Part shown: positions 59,382 to 64,000 of the stretch, in pieces
How the letters are laid out: each line of letters opens with the position of its first letter
Position numbering within the stretch: position 1 is the stretch's first letter
Source: Tepidisphaera sp.
GTDB lineage: Bacteria > Planctomycetota > Phycisphaerae > Phycisphaerales > UBA1924
Assembly: GCA_050916045.1 (NCBI GenBank)
Contig: CP051526.1
Location: 1,792,001 to 1,856,000, forward strand
DNA: 64,000 nt
Direction of reading: 5' to 3'
Made by a program: the position numbers and the translations under genes
The notes under the pieces: generated by a model
Told to the model about the DNA's origin: nothing
Databases searched by the model: none
What the model saw: only the letters and a program-made list of their open reading frames with translations

Positions 59382-59651
59382 TCAGCCCTGCACGTCGAGC
59401 TTACGGCCCGCGAGGATCGCTGTTGCCGCTTGGTTGCGGTCCGCCGGATGTCGGTAGAACGCGAGCGGGCCGCTCGACGGCGATGTCCAAGCCGGCGTCG
59501 AAACGGGGTTTGCGGGCGCGGCGACTGTCCCCGCGACCAACCCGCGGGCTTTGGCTCCCGCTTCCGGCATCGCGGGACGCGCGGGCTTGAGGGAGTAGGA
59601 GCTTGTGGCGTCGTGATGGTTCGGCTGGCTGCGTGGGGAGATGCTGCTCAA
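59382..59651 (-). CDS. Small hypothetical protein (89 aa)
   Basis: GGAGG RBS before TTG 59651; fills the gap between co-directional genes; ordered-looking C-terminus FYRHPADRNQAATAILAGRKLDVQG. Confidence 0.5.
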   Translation of the reverse strand: MSSISPRSQPNHHDATSSYSLKPARPAMPEAGAKARGLVAGTVAAPANPVSTPAWTSPSSGPLAFYRHPADRNQAATAILAGRKLDVQG

Positions 59652-59768
59652 GGGGCCTCCGAGGGCAAGGTGCCACAGGGATCGGAGATTGGCCGCCGCC
59701 CGCACCAGTCGAAAGCGAGATTCGCATTCTCGGACGCAACCAGGTCGGATCATGCCGACGATCGGGCG

Positions 59769-60698
59769 TTACTTGAGCAGTTCGAGGCACTGTTTGCCGA
59801 GGTCATCGCCTCGGTTGGTCGCCCAGTCCATGGCGGTCTGGCCGTTGGCGTCCTTGGCGTCCTTGCGGGCTCCGGCTTCGAGGAGCATCTTGACCACGGC
59901 GGCTTCGCCCCGGTCGGCGGCCCGCATCATGGGGGTGACGCCCAGCTCGTCGGCCTTGTTGGGGTCTGCCTTGGCGTCCAGCAGGAGCTTCACGGCTTCG
60001 GCCGGGGCGCCGTCCTCGCAAGCGGCGTAGAGCGCGGTCTTCTGCTCCTTGTCGGTGGCGTTGAGGTCGGGGCTGGTGACCAGGATTGCGCGCACTTTGG
60101 CGACGTTGCCGTCGCGGGCGGCGAGCAGGAGGGCCGACTGGCCCCACTTGTTGCGGAAGGAGGCGTCGGCGCCCTTGGCGAGCATGGCTTCGACCGTTTC
60201 GGCGGGGCCCTTGGTGGCGGCGAGCATGAGGGGCGTCCAGCCTTCGATGGAGCGGGCGTTGACGGTCGCGCCGCCGTCGAGGAGAGCACGGGCTGCCGCC
60301 GGGTCGGTGAGCGTGGCGGCGAAGAAGAGAGCGGTCCAGCCGTCGCGGGTGGCGGTGTCGGGCTTGGCACCGGCTTTGAGGAGAGCGGCGACGGCGTCGG
60401 CTTTGCCGGCCTGAGCGGCGAGCATGAGGGCGGTCATGCCGGGCTTCTGACCGGGGACGGCGTCCTGAGCGGCTTCCAGGTCCGTCCCGCCCTTCGCGGC
60501 TTCCTCAAGGGAAGCGACGTTGCCGGACTTGACGGCTTCGAAGACACCCTGCGACTTGCCCGGGGCTTTGGCGGGAGTCTCGGCGAGGCTTGAGTTCAGC
60601 GAGGTTGTCCAGAGGTACATGCCCGCGCTCATCGAGATGAGGAGGACCAAAAGCACCAAGAGCGGGACGGCGGATCGGCCGGGTTTGCTTTGCATCAC
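59769..60698 (-). CDS. Ankyrin repeat protein with N-terminal TM anchor
   Basis: About 7 repeats of GxTALMxAA...LLxxGADPN. Confidence 0.92.
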   Translation of the reverse strand: MMQSKPGRSAVPLLVLLVLLISMSAGMYLWTTSLNSSLAETPAKAPGKSQGVFEAVKSGNVASLEEAAKGGTDLEAAQDAVPGQKPGMTALMLAAQAGKADAVAALLKAGAKPDTATRDGWTALFFAATLTDPAAARALLDGGATVNARSIEGWTPLMLAATKGPAETVEAMLAKGADASFRNKWGQSALLLAARDGNVAKVRAILVTSPDLNATDKEQKTALYAACEDGAPAEAVKLLLDAKADPNKADELGVTPMMRAADRGEAAVVKMLLEAGARKDAKDANGQTAMDWATNRGDDLGKQCLELLK

Positions 60699-60804
60699 AA
60701 GCCTCCACGGGACGGGAATCGGTCGGACGTGACGGGTTCATGGTAACACGCCCTCGCCGGTTTCGGCGGGGGTTGGTGGAAACCGGGTCCGGTCGCGGTA
60801 AGGC

Positions 60805-61182
60805 TCACGGCATGACTCGGAGGTCATCCGCGTGGCCGAGGAAGCCGGCCCGGGCGAGGAGTGCGGCGAGCTCGGGGGCGTCGCGGTCTTCCTCCGCGGC
60901 GGCAAAGCCGACGAACCGGAGCACCCGCACGCCCGTGAAACGCGAGAGGCGGTTGATGGCTTCATCCGGCGTGAGCCCGCGCGATCCGAGACGGTGCGTT
61001 CGGATCAGGAGCCTGTAGTGCGCGACGACGCCGAGTCGCTCTGCCGCGTGCACGATGCGTTCGAGTTCGTCACCGCTCGCGACGAGAAGCATCGCGGAGG
61101 CGAGGAGCGCCGCGTCGAGGGATTCTGACGCGGTGCCCGTGACATGAAGCACGTTGGCGGGGTTGTTCGCGTGCTGGTCCAT
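60805..61182 (-). CDS. Hypothetical protein
   Basis: Protein-like composition from ATG 61182; the upstream part of the ORF is low complexity. Confidence 0.5.
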   Translation of the reverse strand: MDQHANNPANVLHVTGTASESLDAALLASAMLLVASGDELERIVHAAERLGVVAHYRLLIRTHRLGSRGLTPDEAINRLSRFTGVRVLRFVGFAAAEEDRDAPELAALLARAGFLGHADDLRVMP

Positions 61183-61482
61183 GGGGCTTTGCGACGTGGA
61201 GCGACTGCGACGGCTTTGGTTCAAGCGTACGAAGGGCCCCGAAAGAAAAAGTGAGAGCCGGTGCAAGGATCGCGAGGGCCGTGCCATCTGTGGAAGAGGA
61301 GAGAAAGCGGAAACGGATCGCGACCTGGGGATGGAGGAGGAAGAAGCGGGGAGCGGGGCGAGCGTGGGCGTGGGGGGCTGAGTCCGCGGCGCGGCGGGCC
61401 TTTCGGAGGGGATCTCAAATCCAAGGTGTGTGCCTTGAACCAACCGGACGGTGCCGGGCGGCTGTCTCATGGAGATACGCAG

Positions 61483-62349
61483 ATGTTGAATCGCAAGCAG
61501 GTGATCATGGTGGCGGAGGTGGCGGCGGTGATGCTCCTGATCGCGGGAAGCGCGTCGGCCGAGCCGATCGTGCGGAGCGGGACGGCGGCGGACGCGGCGG
61601 GGCTGACTTCGCTGGTGAATCAGTTCCGTGTGGATATCAGCAACGGGGGGATCTTCAATCCGCCCGGGGCTGAGCCTCCCGCGCCGGGGATTGGTCGGCG
61701 TGAGATCAACTGGGATGCGCCCGCGCTGGACGCGTTCGCTTCGCCGGGTCTGATGCCGAACGACTTCTTCAACCGTGTTTCCAAGCGCGGCGCGCTGTTC
61801 TCGACGGACGGCGACGGCGTTGCGGTGAGCCGTCGGAACGCGGGCGGCGATCTGAGCGATCCGAGCTTGCGGTTTGGCGATCTGAACGCGCAGTACAACT
61901 CGGAGTTCGCGGTGTTCAGCCAGCAGCGGTTGTTTGCGGTTCGCGGGTCGACGGTGATGGAGACGACGTTCTTCATCCCGACGGTGCCTTCAGCCCGTGC
62001 GACGGTGAACGGGTTCGGGGCGGTCTTCTGCGATGTGGATCTTGATTCGAGCACGCTGCTTGAGTTCTTTGACGTGAGCGGCGGGCTGATCTTCAGCCAG
62101 AACGTGTCGAATCGCGACAAGGGGCTGTCGTTCCTGGGCGCGTCGTTCAGCGATGGGACGCAGATCGCCAAGGTGCGTCTCACGGTGGGCAACGCGCTCT
62201 TGGGCGAGACGGACGGGTTCTTCGACGACGGCTTCCACGATGTGGTGGTGATGGACGATTTCTTCTACGGCGAGCCGGTGCCGACGCCGGGGGTTCTGGC
62301 GGTGGGTGGGCTGATGGCGGCTTTGGGCATGAACCGTCGCCGCCGTTGA
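61483..62349 (+). CDS. PEP-CTERM-like sorted surface protein
   Basis: GGAG RBS; signal peptide; RREINWD; C-terminal VPTPG-TM-RRRR. Confidence 0.85.
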   Translation: MLNRKQVIMVAEVAAVMLLIAGSASAEPIVRSGTAADAAGLTSLVNQFRVDISNGGIFNPPGAEPPAPGIGRREINWDAPALDAFASPGLMPNDFFNRVSKRGALFSTDGDGVAVSRRNAGGDLSDPSLRFGDLNAQYNSEFAVFSQQRLFAVRGSTVMETTFFIPTVPSARATVNGFGAVFCDVDLDSSTLLEFFDVSGGLIFSQNVSNRDKGLSFLGASFSDGTQIAKVRLTVGNALLGETDGFFDDGFHDVVVMDDFFYGEPVPTPGVLAVGGLMAALGMNRRRR

Positions 62350-62467
62350 GTCTGAGGAATGAGTGAGAGGGAAGGGAGAGCGTCCGAGCAGGGAGACCCG
62401 CACGGACGCATTGCAATCGGCGATCGGTCGCGGAGTCTGATGGTCGGGCGTCATCGAAACGAGAGGC

Positions 62468-63034
62468 TTACGACCCCTCGCCGACCATTCCGCCTTTGCC
62501 GCTGCGAAGGTCGAACTGGTATTGGGCGTCGTTAAAGTCCGTCACTCGGACGGAGCTCTCGTCAACAGAGAGCGTGCCGGTAAAGATGTCGGCTCCCGAT
62601 TGCGACCAGACTTTCTTTCCGTCGATGGTGAACATGCTGATGAGCAACTCGCCATGCACGATGACGTGCCGACCGTTGGGCGTCAGGTGAAGGCCGAAGC
62701 AGGTTGCTTCGTCAGCTTGGACTTCCCACAACAGTTGGAGGTCCGGGAGTCCGAGGGATACGAGGCGGTCGCCGACTGCGACAAGGCAACGATCGGCCAG
62801 GAGCACGCAGGATCGCTCGTTGACACCTGACCCGCCGCCCGACGCGGCGAGCAGAACCGAAGCATGTGGTCTGCCGGCGATCGACAGTCGCAGGCCGTGT
62901 TTGTTCGCCGGGAGGTCGCCATCGGTGTCAATCAGCAACTCGCGGTCGTATTGACGAGGGTTGTCCCGTGAGCCGATCGTGTATTCGGCTTCGTTGATCA
63001 TCTCGATCTGGGTCAGATCCCGTGTCCAAGGCAT
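62468..63034 (-). CDS. Hypothetical protein (beta-rich)
   Basis: AAGGGGG RBS-like sequence before ATG 63034; appears less GC-rich than neighbours; HGELLIS, WSQSGADIF. Confidence 0.65.
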   Translation of the reverse strand: MPWTRDLTQIEMINEAEYTIGSRDNPRQYDRELLIDTDGDLPANKHGLRLSIAGRPHASVLLAASGGGSGVNERSCVLLADRCLVAVGDRLVSLGLPDLQLLWEVQADEATCFGLHLTPNGRHVIVHGELLISMFTIDGKKVWSQSGADIFTGTLSVDESSVRVTDFNDAQYQFDLRSGKGGMVGEGS

Positions 63035-63095
63035 CGCGTATTCCCCCTTGGCAGATGAGATCGAGGCCCGGTGCAAGAAGCCGGACGAGCAGGAA

Positions 63096-63875
63096 TTACT
63101 TCGTCACCGTGCGTTGTTCGATGCGTTTGACGCTGACGGTTTTGACGAGGCGGTCGATGTAGTTGCCGGGGGTGTGGACGCGGTCGGGGTCGAGGGCACC
63201 CACAGCGAGGATGTCTTCGACTTCGGCGATGACGAACTTGGCGGCGGTGGCCATCATGGCGTTGAAGTTGCGGGCGGTTTTGTTGTAGACGAGGTTGCCG
63301 AATTCGTCGGCTTTGGCGGCTTTGACGAGGGCGAGGTCGGCGTAGAGGCCGGTTTCCATGACGTATTCGCGGGTGGTGGCGGCGGGGGCGGAGCCGGGCT
63401 TGCGATTGTGGTTTTTGGTGTCGTCGTAGGGCCTGTAGAACTGCTTGGTTTCTTTGCCTTCGGCGACGACGGTGCCGACGCCGGTAGCGGTGAAGAAGGC
63501 GGGGATGCCCGCGCCGCCGGCGCGGATGCGTTCGGCAAGGGTGCCCTGGGGGTTGAACTCGATCTCCAGTTCGCCGCCGAGGAACTGCTTCTCGAAGGTG
63601 GCGTTCTCGCCGACGTAGGAGGAGATCATCTTCTTGATCTGGCGCGTCTCGAGCAGAAGGCCGAGCCCCCACGGCGTGGGCATGTCGACGCCCGCGTTGT
63701 TGCTGATGCAGGTGAGCCCCTGGACGCCGGTGTCGCGGAGGGCGACGATGAGTTGCTCGGGGATGCCGCAGAGGCCAAAGCCGCCCACCATGACGGTCAT
63801 CCCGTCGAAGATGATGCCCCTGTCCTTGAGGTCTGAGAACGCGGCGGAAGCGGTGGGATGGACTTTGGTTGCCAT
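63096..63875 (-). CDS. scoA: 3-oxoacid CoA-transferase subunit A
   Basis: DGMTVMVGGFGLCGIP, ISNNAG, SSYVGEN, PQGTLAERIRAGGAGIPAF, TARNFN. Confidence 0.92.
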   Translation of the reverse strand: MATKVHPTASAAFSDLKDRGIIFDGMTVMVGGFGLCGIPEQLIVALRDTGVQGLTCISNNAGVDMPTPWGLGLLLETRQIKKMISSYVGENATFEKQFLGGELEIEFNPQGTLAERIRAGGAGIPAFFTATGVGTVVAEGKETKQFYRPYDDTKNHNRKPGSAPAATTREYVMETGLYADLALVKAAKADEFGNLVYNKTARNFNAMMATAAKFVIAEVEDILAVGALDPDRVHTPGNYIDRLVKTVSVKRIEQRTVTK

Positions 63876-64000
63876 GGCCGAGGATAGGCTCCAGCGGGCT
63901 TTGTCAAGGGTGTGGGATTCGGGGTGTGCACCCGCTTGGGCGGACCCGAGCAATCAACGTCGGACCTTGTGGCGGGAGGGCCTCTCGGGTATGCTGGCTG

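Noticed and set aside
62348..62400. Purine-rich tract after the PEP-CTERM-like gene (and near 61290-61350)
   Set aside because: No consistent period or stem could be established

Overview
High-GC bacterial chromosomal window, most likely from a Planctomycetota/Phycisphaerales genome (inferred from a C-terminal 'DFNxDG...AGC' dockerin-type anchor, a prepilin/H-X9-DG protein, a VPTPG PEP-CTERM-like tail, the DUF1501/DUF1800 pair and several CxxCGY...CPECG zinc ribbons). The main block is a ~16.4 kb respiratory operon at 6.6-23.0 kb: alternative complex III actABCDEF, an ActG-like ORF, SCO, a caa3-type A2 cytochrome c oxidase with an elongated subunit IV, and an orphan membrane ORF. It is divergent from heme A synthase. 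The rest is housekeeping and accessory genes: ychF, prfC, purF, rpmB, obgE, uppP, mcsAB, a lone topoisomerase VI B subunit, a B12-binding/MeaB fusion, GH31, S8 and M28 peptidases and others. No rRNA, tRNA, CRISPR array, transposase or integrase was seen. The most notable non-coding signals are: (i) at least 18 genes with a TANNNT hexamer 5-9 nt before the start codon and no Shine-Dalgarno, suggesting widespread leaderless mRNAs; (ii) a 17-unit, single-register 21-bp array between divergent prfC and a zinc-ribbon/pseudopilin-like gene; (iii) 7-mer and 8-mer inverted micro-repeat hairpins and REP-like elements; (iv) a Fur-box-like site at the ctaA/actA divergon. All calls come from reading motifs by eye; no database searches were run. 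No single clearly new system can be claimed, so candidates are ranked by interest.
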